Below are positions 37,753 to 50,631 of a stretch of 64,000 bases of DNA, piece by piece. The notes below the pieces were generated by a model. That model did no database searches. It was not told where the DNA came from and worked only from the letters and a program-made list of their open reading frames with translations. Source of the DNA: Glycera tridactyla (Eukaryota); assembly GCA_965644265.1 (NCBI GenBank), contig OZ286467.1, positions 45,818,001-45,882,000 of the forward strand, in the 5' to 3' direction. How positions within the stretch are numbered: position 1 is the stretch's first letter; every line of letters begins with the position of its first letter. The position numbers were made by a program, and so were the translations under genes.

Positions 37753-38981
37753 TTTCCCTCCCTCTTTCAAGTTCCACAGTGACTTGCGAAGTATGTTTGC
37801 ACATTTCTCCAATCCGTTTTATTTCTCCAAGATACATCCCTCACGGAACTCCAGAAGAGGCACAGCATGGGACCTTTACACTGTGTATAGGATAGCATGG
37901 TTTTTGTTTGTCTGATGAGACAGATACATCAAATGTGTCAGTTCTTTTTCACGTCGTCAGTGGAAAGATAGCGATGAGTGACAGCCTCATCCCTCCACAA
38001 CATCCTCGTGAAGCATCTCCTGGATGACGCCCGATTAGGGAGGAGGGACGTGAGCGAGCGACTGTGACGTCATTCACATAGTTCATGACATCACCAGTAC
38101 ATGACCTTGAGTATACCGTAAGGTCACATTCGGCAATGTCGCATGAAATGGCACATTTTTGTCATGGCTTATTATACATATAGGCGCTTATCTCAACCAT
38201 GCTGCGGAATCAAACATCAATTTCATGTGCGAGTTTTCAGAGAATATGTTGCAAATTCTCTGATTGAAGTATGTTTAGGTGGTATCATAGATATGAGAAT
38301 ATCACTCTGTTGTCTGATATACACTGTCGGGGATAAAGGTGATATACTTATCTATCCACTATGTTAACAAGTTTGGAGCCTTTGAAGCCTTTTTATGCCT
38401 TTTCTGGAACACAGGTGATACCTACACATCAGAAAGATATATGGAGGTATTATTTATTGGTTACCACCATAATCAATACATATATGAGAAAGAGAGAAGT
38501 GAATAGCTCTGTCTTGGGGAAGACGGACGCGTTGTTGGGTGGTTGCGAGAAAGGGAAGGGGTGATTTAAGGACCACTATAACCACCATCTCGCCTACTTC
38601 CCACACCACTACCACTGACACCACCGCCATCACCAACAGCAATGCCCCACCGCCGCCGCCAACAACACCATAACATTTGATAAAACCATCATCTAACCCC
38701 ACCCCTGTATACCCGTGTTGCTATCAACGAGGTGAGGAAACGCAACGACGAAAACAACGACGACGAGGTCAATGACAGGAGCGAGCCCGACGGCAACAAC
38801 AGCAATAACAACAACAACAACAACAACAACGACGACGATGGCGTCAACAACGAAAATGAGCACAACTATGACGACAGCAACAACAGTTAATATGTCGCCA
38901 GCAACAACAACGACGACGATAACGACGACGACGTTGCTACTACCACCACCATTTTACGTCCCTGTTGTTTTCAGGGGTATA

Positions 38982-39060
<79 letters not shown>

Positions 39061-42000
39061 AAAGTGACTTTGCTGGAGAAATGCGGTACCTGGTTAGGGT
39101 ACGGGGTGTGGTACACACCACATCAACACTAACTATACTTTCCTGGCCTGAGTACAATTTCACTATTGTATATATGTTTCACAAACTAAACCAGGTGCTG
39201 CAAGATCGAGATAGTCACCATGTAGTGCCAGGTACAGGGGGTTCCCATGCTTTAGTGAAGTGGTCCCTGTGGGCCAGTCGGGACCCCCACATGTGCCATA
39301 TGTCCACTCATAAATCACGATGTGCTCACCAAAATAACTCACACCACGAGACGCAGTGAGCGCAGCCCGCGAGCAAAGGTCAACTTGGCGGCGAGTAGCT
39401 CTGAGCCTCTGAAAAACCCATGACATCAGGCCGTGGGGTGGGGGGGGGGGGGGGGTGAGCACACACCATGAAGCGTGTTATACACGTGGATGGCCACCTT
39501 CACCATCAACTCCCAAAGTACAAGCAAACTCAACTGGGCTTCCCACTGTCTGGGGTAGACCACTTTCCCAGCCTAATTCTTGAAAGTCCGATCAAAGGAA
39601 ATATAGCGACGAGAGACCAACAGGAAGAAAAAGAAAATGGTAACTCACGAAAGAGATGGTGTCTCCTTGAGGGCTTATTTCATCATGCTAATATGAAAAG
39701 TGTTCTCACAACATTTATTTGGAAATATATAGATGAAAAAAAGAAATGAAACCAAGTGCACGCCAAATTGGATATAAAAGACTTGTGGGCGTATTGGTGT
39801 CTATTTGGTGCTCGTAAAAGAACTACTGCTGGCTTTCATGAAGGGTATAGAATCACGCGGCTACGCCCCCTTCCTTCTGCATTTCCAGTCCAATACAAGA
39901 TGGTAGATTTGGGAGGATGTTCATTCAAACCGGGTATACAAAACCAGGCCAAACTACAGTTTTCTCGCGGTCCTCATTGGGATAACAAAAAATCGGCCAT
40001 TCCAGAGTGCGCTAGGGCAAATATCACACCTACTCCAATAATGTTCCTTAGCTTGCTGGATTTTAAAAAATTAATTGAGATTGAAAATATTTCGCCAACT
40101 CTCCAGGGGATGTCTATGGCGACTATAATATTTTCCCCTTTCGAGCAAAAACATATATACAGTTGAAACATACGGAACGAAGTGCACAAAATACATGGTA
40201 CACATTAATATATTTTTAAACTGTGATGGCTGTGATGATCAGTACATGTGATATTGGTAAACACATATGACGGTATGTTTTCCTATATGGTGTCAAATAT
40301 GGTATTTTGGCCGAAGAGAATGTGATTTTGATGGCTAATTGATACATATAACCCACATCCTTGGCATATTCAGTGATATGTTATAAGGTTGCACAAATGG
40401 AACAAGATCGAGATCTGGTCTGAAAATCGAGAATTTATCATGACAAAGTAATATACTCATGTTCCTGAAACATAGTCCACGTAATCTGACGCGTCCGGTA
40501 GGTTCTGCGGCATGAAATGGGCCTATTTTCATAAAGCATACAGAGACTATTTCTCAAAACCGCCGATGCTTGTACATGTACATGAGGGTTGCTCGTTCTA
40601 CATTCCAGTTACTCGTATGAAGAAATTTCTCTCGCAGAACACCATGGCATAAGTGTGGTAGGTCGAACAACATGAACGTGCATTATGAATACCTGAAATA
40701 CCCCATTGTGAATCGCAATGTCCAGAAATAGGGTGGTTATCTATGGGGGTTGTCTGACTCACCCCTTCCCGTGGGCTGATGATAAACCTGGGGAGCAGTT
40801 GCCTGGATCTGAGATATTTCCCTCTGTGCCCTTCTCATGCTGGTCCCAATATAGTCCAATAGTGATGTTATTTCACCAGAATTATGAGGTACCATTGGGA
40901 TCCAGTTTTGGGTTACTAGGGCTGCTACTGGGTTACTAGGATGTGTGATGGCATTGTACTGCGAGCATAAGGCAAGACATGCTTGTTAAGCTGGTTTGAA
41001 GTTGACAGTTTGTAATTGAACACATTGGTTTAGTAATCTCTGAATCTAATGCTTTTCCACGTGTCAAGTGCTGCGCTTTGCAAGAAAAAAACATTGCGAT
41101 CAGGCTTGAGTGTTAGCTTCCAACCAGTTACATGGTTAGATATGCCATCATTAGATTCAGTTTGTTCGCGAAAAGTAGGTAGAGATGTGTCTGGACTGCT
41201 AGCTACTTCCACTTGACAACCTTCCAGGTTCCACATCATCTCGGGTTCAGAGTTTGTGAGGGTGATGTCTGCAGGGGAGAGAACGACCTCAAACAAACAA
41301 ACAATCAATCCTGCGATGTCCTGATACGATAAGACAGTGCCAGGAATACATTTCACATCAATAGCCATTTCATAGGCACAAGAATCACCGATGTGCAGGC
41401 AGCTGGAAATTACAACAATCCTACGAGATTTCACGAGAAACAAAGCAGTTTATCACCATCAGTTGGCTGTCTGCAAAAACTAATAAAATACGTTCAAATT
41501 GATGTCATCTCAACTGCAGTCCCGAGCGGCAGTGGTAAGGAAGTTAAAGAATTGGTGCCCTATACACGAGTGGCATAGTTGGTCAGAAACACCAAACATG
41601 ATGAAATGACCAAGGTTGTGGGTTCTGTGAGGAGTGGAAACGTGCAGCAAATGCACCATTCTCTGCTTTGGAAGTGGCACAAACCTCATTGATTTCCTCA
41701 CCTCTGTCTTGAGGTCATCACGTACAAGCATACCTGCCAACCCTGAGTCACGGCGTTCAGTAGTGACCCACCTCGGTTTCAGTAGTTTTGGTCATTTTCA
41801 GTAGTGATATTTTCATCATTTTCAGTAGTTATTTTGGACACTTTCTGCACCATGGCAAAGGTAGCAGTTGAAAATCACAACATCTTCATATCAATACATT
41901 ATTTCCAAATGATTCCATTCATATCGGAATGAGACAAAAACATGTGTATTGATGAACAGGTATGTATGCGTATGTCATGTCATGTGTGATGAGGCTTTTC

Positions 42001-45000
42001 ATAATTATTTTCTATACAAATCTCTGAGCACTCCTAACTGAGATTGATGATGTCATCAAATTATGGATGACTCAAACTACACACCAGCCCTCGTGAAACC
42101 ATCAGCCTTTCATCATCATTTCATGAATATTTGGCAACACTGGGCTAGGAACAATTTTTTTTTGTAGGGCTTCATTTCAGTATTTTCTCAGAGGCTTCAG
42201 TAGTTCAGTAGTTTTGACCTCATTTCAGTAGTGACTACTGAAGTTCAGTAGTACTTGGCAGGTATGTACAAGCAGGACCACTTCGGAAGGTATCATCTAC
42301 ATTTCATGAAATATATTGCATACAGTTCAAACAACATTAGCCAACTTACAAAAGGCCCAAACATGGTAGAATGTTGCCAAATGCTGTTTTGTCACAATCT
42401 GTGCTGTCAGTCAATGTTGGGTCCTGTGAGCAGTGATCAGAATGGTGTGATCAAAATATCATTTCAATAGCCCTGTCATATAACCTTAGCCCAACAGCCT
42501 TGACTGCTGGTAGCCACAACTTGCATCGTCCAGGGGAAAGAGTTGCACATTATCTCAGTTATAGGTTGAATCAACCAAACGAGTACATCACATGGTCCAT
42601 TTGCGGATTCATTGGCCTTGCCAGATGTGGCCGCCGACTTCCTCATTATATGCCCAATGACTGAAACTTACTCTCTTTTGAACGAGAGTTGGCCTTTTTG
42701 TATCATTTTCATGCAAGAAGCTGACCCAAGAGAGGAAAATACAGAAGCATGGGATAATGGGGATGTTTTTTCTTTCCAACTCCAACAGGAAGAGGTATTA
42801 GTAAAATGTCCCTGGAGATGGGACTCTCAACAGAATGTGTATGCTTCACCCCTTCTCTCTTTCCTTCTAAATGTTCCATGCAGAAACAAATCTGGGGTGT
42901 TATATATTTTCGTGGAGTGAGGATTCTATGCTATGATCTATGGGCCCCCATGTCAACTTGACTAAGACCTATTCAAGATGGCCTCTGACTTCTTCCACTT
43001 ATCTGACAGCTTTTCAGTTCTCTGGTCATACTAACCATGATGTTATTGACATCATTCGCTATCTCACCAACAGACAGGCTTATGTAGAATCTATTCAGTC
43101 ATTAGTTGTTAAAGAAGATGTATGAAATTATCTAGGAAGTTTCCCTATCAATTTGACATGCTTTGATCCGTCTTGCTTCCATAACGTAGTCATAAACGTG
43201 ACTTTGACTTCCTTTCAATAACTGCTGCAATATTTATTGCATCACATTATTTCTAGTACTGTACTCAGGCGAGAATATCACCAACGAACGATAAATGTTT
43301 TTACAATTTCCAAGTGAGGGAGTTCCTCCCTTGGCTCTCACTATTCGAACATTAAGGGTGCTCCACACAGAGTGAAGGAGACGGCATACCTGATCCTCGT
43401 CAGATCAGTATTAGAATAAGCGGCCCCTTCATGGGACCCACACGAAGTCAAAGACCAGTCACGATTAGAGTATGTACAGCAGAAAGCTGTCCACCAGGAG
43501 CGACCATCACTGCACCACTAGTGTCGGCAAAATGTTGAAAGAGCCTGTTGGCTCGACCTTGAACAGCATCATAAAAACCTACGGCTAGCGCTTTCCTACA
43601 AAATAGTGCACCACCCGGTGACCATCCCGGCCAATCATATGTTGATGAAAGCGGAACCCCGAACAAGAGTTTACTTGCAGTAGAAACACCTTCGAATAAT
43701 CTGTAATACCGCTGTATATAAACATAACTTTTTCCACGGGACAGTAACCAAGTACAATAGCCTACCACAATACATTGCAGAAGCTCTTAAGGAGACTTCA
43801 TTCGAGAGCAGGCTTAGCAAACGATACTGGACTCTGCATAACCCCTCATTTGCACAAGTACTCCATCTGGAGTCCTGTCAATTATTATTCAGATTCAGCA
43901 GGTTTGTGAGGGAGGAATGCTTTCAGGCTTGGCTGTCAGCTTCCAGCCAGTCACATATTCAGATATACTGCACAGGTGGTCGTGTTATGGAGGGTAAGTG
44001 AAGATGTGACAACCACTTGCAGTCATTTCAATTGTTACTTATCATCTGCATCCTGGAACATGGGTATGTGATTGATCGATTGGTTGGTTGGTTGGTTGAT
44101 TGATTGATTGATTGATTATTGAATGATGTTCAACTTCTTTTCAACTAAGTAAGAGTATATGGGACCTTGGTGAGTAAGAGATGTTTGCAGAAGACTAGGC
44201 GCCCTGTGTCAGTATACCAAACTAACAAACACACGAAACCCAGCTTCCATAGGCACCAGACCAATATTTGATGAAGGTGTCTGTTTCAGTTGAGGGGAAC
44301 GTATTACGAGCTGGGCGTTACGACTGGCCATTCACGCTGCGGTTGCCTCCCTATATCCCTGCTTCCTTTGAGGGTCAGTACGGCCGTGTCCAATACTGGG
44401 CCAAGGCCGTACTTGACCAACCATGGAAGAAGGATACAGAAATCACCAAGCCCTTCACGGTGGCCGGTACGTTGGATCTGAACACAGAGAACGAAGCCAA
44501 GGTGAGGATCTACTCTGTACGTATACCGTCATTTTCTTCTCATACATACACGTCGCTACCGTGTGTGTGTGCGTGTGCGTGCAGCTGTGCCGCCATTCTT
44601 CATTCCTGCATCCGCCATTCAACGTTAGTTCAGCTTGCTACCGATAGATGTCACATTGTCTCCATGTAGGGGGCGCCGGTATTGACTTTGGTGATTCACG
44701 TATACAGGCAGGAATTTGAGCATACAAGCAGAGAAACCCTCTTTATGAATTTCACCAGACTCAATATGAACGGTAATGCTGCTTGCAGTAAGGGATTAGT
44801 GAATGGGCTGATGGCTTTGGCTTGGACATGGTCAACCATGATTGGACTAGTCAATCTGGATGATATCAGACTATAAAACACAATGTCATCACTCAACATT
44901 TATGATGGCTCTGCAACATATAGCAGATACAGCCACACAAACTTGTAACATTCTGTGCATGCTCTTACAATCAGACATTATTTCACCCAGCGCCTTCTAT

Positions 45001-48000
45001 CGGAGATATGAGAGTCTATCTTTCTTCAGTTGACATATTCTCTCTTGCAGCTTGAAATGTTATACCTCTTTCGTGGACGATATTCAATCAGACATGGATC
45101 TTAGATCAAATCATTATTTCTATGATTCTTTGTGATACCAAAATAAAGTGAAAACTAATAGGTCAATATCAATAGACACATTCGATTGTCTGTTCTAAAA
45201 AAAAAAAAAAGTAAATGTCTATTCCAGTGTCCTGAATCGCTCAATGGAATAATATGATGTGTTATATTACAAAACGATGTCGCGACAGTTGAATATAATT
45301 CCAATATCACATGAGATTGCAAAGCACGGGCTTTAAGAGGCCACCAATTGTGAAATAGAATATCGATATCTGATGGATGACAGCCATGTATTCTTGCTTT
45401 TATACCACAGTAAATCACATACAGCTCACAGTAAATGCCACAGGTTCATATCTCGTGGATTCGATGGTATAGATTATCAAGATGTCTTCAATAATTATAC
45501 TCATTGAATATTCTGTCTTTAATAACTGCGATAGTTTGACCAATTCAACCTCATCAAAATGGAGAATTCACCTGTTTCTTTTGTAATAGATCAACCATTT
45601 ATAAACCATTTGATTGTTTCACAGATTTATTCACCCAATTTCAAGAGTGTAAAGGGACAGTAATTGGAGTTTGACATCACATTTGCAATTACTTAAATCA
45701 TACTCTTCTCAACTATTTGTCGACATGTGGTATAATTGAAGTGAATATTATAGTTGTTTTGTCAATTTTATGCAGAATTTCTTTTCATCAGGTTTTCATA
45801 TTTTCTTGAATAGTCATATGGCAGAGCGTAATCAGTGAAGTACAATCCAAGATAGGATGGGTTACAGATGGCAAATCTCATCATAGTTTTATATTCTTCT
45901 TCTGATAGTCACGTGTTTTTCACCACAATTTACATATTATATCTTGACAGATCCTGGACGAATACATTTGTTAGTATGGGGCCAATTTGGAGATGAATGA
46001 GCAAGTGGCAAGGGACCAATCTATTTCTGGTGGAGATAGTTTGTGATATAAACCATTGGGAAAGAGTTTGTGTAATAGTGATTGACAGAATGGGGACCTA
46101 GTTTGAGTGGACTCTTTACTATTGTACAGATGAAGGACACATTATATGACTATCTAATATCAGGATCCTCAAAACTCCACAAAGTTACTTTGACAAGGGC
46201 TGCTTTTATGCAGAAAATGATCTAGGTCTCATATTATAAGACTGCTAATGATAACAGGTACACTCTACAGCCCTTGTTTTCTCAACAGAAAATGTATTGA
46301 GTGATATGATAGCTACATGGGCCACATTGTCAGTCTGAATGCAACCTTCTTCAATGAAGGACACGACTGTGAATTCTCACGTCTGTAGAGTCCTCACATT
46401 GGTTACATTGTTTATGTATTGATGACGTGCACTCACATTCATCTACGGCATAATTGGTGGTCACGTGTCTCAATATCGGAATGCTTCTTTGATGTCTATA
46501 TCGCAGAGGTTGATAAGTATGGAATACATTTTCATGGGTCACCATGTGATGACATCTGGTTTGCTCATCAGTTGTACACATATCAACTGTAGCGAGAACT
46601 ACTGGCGCATATGTTTCTACTCACGTTTATGTAGGAAATAATTACGAAAAACGAGGCTTACAAAAAAGTGTAATTCACTGTAGAAGAAATGAATAGAGTG
46701 ACAAGATACCCGGTTGTGTATCACTACTAGGCGGTGTTTTCAATGCAGCGCCGCATACTCTGCGCATGGGCACTGTCATCATGAATGGTGCCCTACGCCA
46801 CAGGTGCTGCGCATGCCTGCTGTCATCAAAGATGGCGCTTGCACGGCCCTGCCAAAAATAAACAAATAACCATAGGGTGCGCTGCACATGCCATGGGGTG
46901 GGCTGAAATATATTCAGCACGAATGCCTATTTCAACATGATTTTGGACTCAAAAAAATAAAGTTCACTCTGGACGACTAGCAATTGATCCCTTGACAAAT
47001 GACACAAGGACACGACAAGAATTAAAAGATATGTGACGTGATTGATACTTGATGACATGTAAGGGTACATCATGACCATGATGACGCCGATAATCACCAA
47101 TAGGGTTTATTGACATAGGGCTTAAGCTTACATTCAGCTACACTATAAATGATGACGTCATCGATATGCGTGCTGCTCATGCAATCATGACGTATGACGT
47201 GGTGCACATGGAGGATTAGTAGATATCAACACACTCTACACACTCTGCCGGTGAATGCGGTCTATCTCAGGTCACAACACAGGTAACCACTCATTTCTGA
47301 GTGACAGCTGCGTGCCTTGTTTAGTGTGAGTTGGCTGCAAATTGTCCAGTGTTGGCGGACCGCCGCGCCAGTGACACAATGCTTTCTCATAAATAGGCAA
47401 TGTGATAGAAACGCGTGTTTATACACAAACTTGACCTACTATTCTTCAGGAGCTATCAAAGCACCTGCCCCTACTTTGGAAAAAACACCAACTCAACTTG
47501 AATACTGCTCCTTCTGTCACATTGCCATTTGACAGGGCATCTGTTACTGTAGCATGCAGTCTGTGGACATCATTACGCCAATAACTAGTGGTAGATTGCA
47601 GCTAGAGCTCATTACAGGGCAATGCATCGCCGAAAATCAACCAAATTAAGGGAGACTCGAGCGGGAGTTCCCACATTCTTTTCCCCCTTATTCCTTTCAA
47701 AGTAGTCACATTATGATAACCAGGAAATCAGCATTTGCGAAGTGAAACAAATAAAGGAATAATTGCCAACAGAATTGATAAAATTGGCTGTTTGGAAATA
47801 CGTTTTGACAAAAATTGGGTTGAGTGATCGATTGAATGTCGCATTTGCAATGCTGGCTTCCTGGTTTGTCATCAGGGCTCCTGGTTTCTGGGCTACAGGC
47901 CCCAGCTGACTACTGGAATTCCATGTCTGACAGCCGAGACACAGAGCAAACACGGCGAGATATGCCTACCCTGTATGACGTAGACCTAATATACATATTG

Positions 48001-50592
48001 TAGGCTCGTGATGAGACACCTTAAACGTGCGCTAGTCACAGCAAAGGTTCCTCATTGTTTTTTTGTTGTAATTTATATTTCACCTAATCTGACTAAAACA
48101 ATCGCTTAATGCTTTAGATAATATAGCTGTAACTCCCCGTTGAAGGTCAGATATCTTAATCAGTTCAGTTAAGTAGTAACCTTTTAACCTTAGATTTTGT
48201 TTGGTAGATGTGTCAATCCCCAAAGAGTAAGCTAGACTATATGGCAACCGGTCTGAACCATCATTCACAGTTTCCAAGAATCTCACACATGTCTGGGATT
48301 TCTTAAATAAAGAATGGCCAAATTGGTGACAAAAAAGCTATGAGATAGGATGAATGGTGTCCAATGAGTTATAAATATCACCTTTGTGTGATTTGGCTTG
48401 CTATAATGCAGGTGATTATGTGTTTTGAATAAAATTACCATCTCATTCGAGCTTGGGATGCCGCAGGTTTTTGAAGCAATGAATCTCTCCACGGTATTTT
48501 TGGCACCTCGTGGGATACAGGAGTTTTATTCGACTATCGTGTGATTTTGCTGTTTTTGCTGAGTCACATACCATGCATATCCTCACCATGACGTGACTAT
48601 GACGTCACAATGATGTATCAACGTCGATGCGATGTCAAAGTGACGCTATGACGACAACATGCATTCACAAAATGCCAGAACTCACGGAATCTGGGTATAG
48701 AAACCGGCCGGAGTAATTGGGAACATTTTGAGAAACTGGCTTGCCATATGCATCATGTTAGCGTTTGTCCTATGTTCTGTACATGATAGAAGTTAACCTA
48801 CAAATCGAGCTATAAGTTATTGCTGTGAATTGTACTGCAAAGCATACTAATTTTGCACTTGCATACTTTGCATCACGTGTGAATCACGACTTTTCTCCAG
48901 AATTATTTCGTCACTGTTTTTTTGCAATCGAGTTCATTTCACTCACATTAACGAGCCTGGACTGAACTAATGGGGGGGGGGGGTGACATCGAGAAAGAAG
49001 GGTCAAACTCAATCAAACAGCGTCAGGGTCAAAGACCATGGAAATGTAAAGGAGATGAACTAATGGAACTCATGTCGAGGATGATATACTGTGGACTAAT
49101 CCGCATATTGTGGCAAGCTGTATTTGACCAATGTCAGAATTTTTCTGGACATGGCGCATTTGAGTCACCAGGTGTTTGATTATTGACAGGTTCTAGAAGG
49201 TGGATAGTGATATGAATGTTTTTATGAAATCCCCAATAATTTGATCAGGGATTCGAAAATAGAGCAGCAAACTGAAATACCTAGTACGCTCCCGGTTATT
49301 CTTGATTGAATAAATAGAATGGATTTTAATTTCAAGAGTCAAAAGAAGTTGATCATTACAAATAACCAGATACATTATTGAGAATTCTCGATGGTAAAGT
49401 TCATTGGTGATATGTCAGTCCATGTTTAGTCACAAGGAGTTCCTCCGAGATCAAAAAAATACCCGAATCCTATCACCTCCATACCCAATTGTATTACTAT
49501 TTAAGACCTGATAAGATGTGAGACTTTTTCTTTATAATGATCATTCCATAAGAACAAGGATATCAACAATGGGGTTTGTATTCATGCTAACAAATTAGAT
49601 TATCTTTATTACACGGATACTAAAATCTATTAGCAATGTTATTCTTATAAATCATCATAACTGTCTTTTACTGAAACAATACAGATGCGTATTGATTTCA
49701 AACCAAGGATGTCAGTTTCCAATCTGATTGCACATGTCACATTAGAGTTTTATGATTGTTGAAGTGAGCTGATCTTTCGAAGTAGTTGGGAAATCCTTTT
49801 CGGATTTGCTCAATGAGCATGACAGTATGAGGAATTAAGATGATCCAATTGCAATCATGACACACATATAATCTATATCGAACAAATACGAATATGGGTT
49901 CCCATGATGACCAAATCAGTCTGTATGGTTGTAAGATGAGTATAGATGTGATCTTACTAGTTCATGTAGGATCATATATGAGAACAGAAAAGAGCAGTGA
50001 CCCAAAAGGCCACATTGGAGAACAAGGCATGAGAAGTTGTGACGTGACCGCTGGTGTCAAACCCCTTTTCCAAATCTAGTACCATCATCACTGCCATCGT
50101 TGTCGTCATCGTCCTCACCAGCAACTCCATCAATTACATCATATTTTAATCATCATTTTTTTAAAATAAATCGTAAAGGAGGTCACGCCTTTCGGTTAGT
50201 TCCGACTAAATAGACACACTAAATTGTTCAATCCGAACAAATGTGCTGCATTTGGAAAGTTGGAGAGGTGCCGTGACTTTCTCTGAAAGTTAGGACAACT
50301 ATGCTCAGCTTCCATGTGCAGTGTGATCTTGTTTAATTCTGGTCATAATTCTCCTATTTTGACACCTGTGTATGACTGACGCTTTCAGAAACCGGCAGAG
50401 GCCACAGGCGAGGTGATGGTCGGACCGGCATGTTGCCCTACCGGTCCCATCAAGGGTTCACTCTCCTTGCCCAACAGGGGCTTCGTCTCGGGACAGAATG
50501 TCCCATTCTCCGTCAGTATCAATAACGGCTCCAGTAAAGGTCTGCGAGACGTTCATGTCACCCTGGTACAGGTGGGTAGTATCTACAGGATC

Positions 50593-50631
<39 letters not shown>

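Noticed and set aside
39336-39410. 66-nt GC-rich minus-strand exon candidate (TTTTTCAG|..|GTGAGT)
   Set aside because: Such site pairs arise by chance, and it has no link to any other exon or recognisable protein.
42672-42720. Minus-strand AG..GTAAGT mini-exon reading MIQKGQLSFKR (PH beta1-like) as an upstream exon for 41268
   Set aside because: The phase (ends at 2) is incompatible with the phase-1 acceptor at 41268, and no bridging exon was found.
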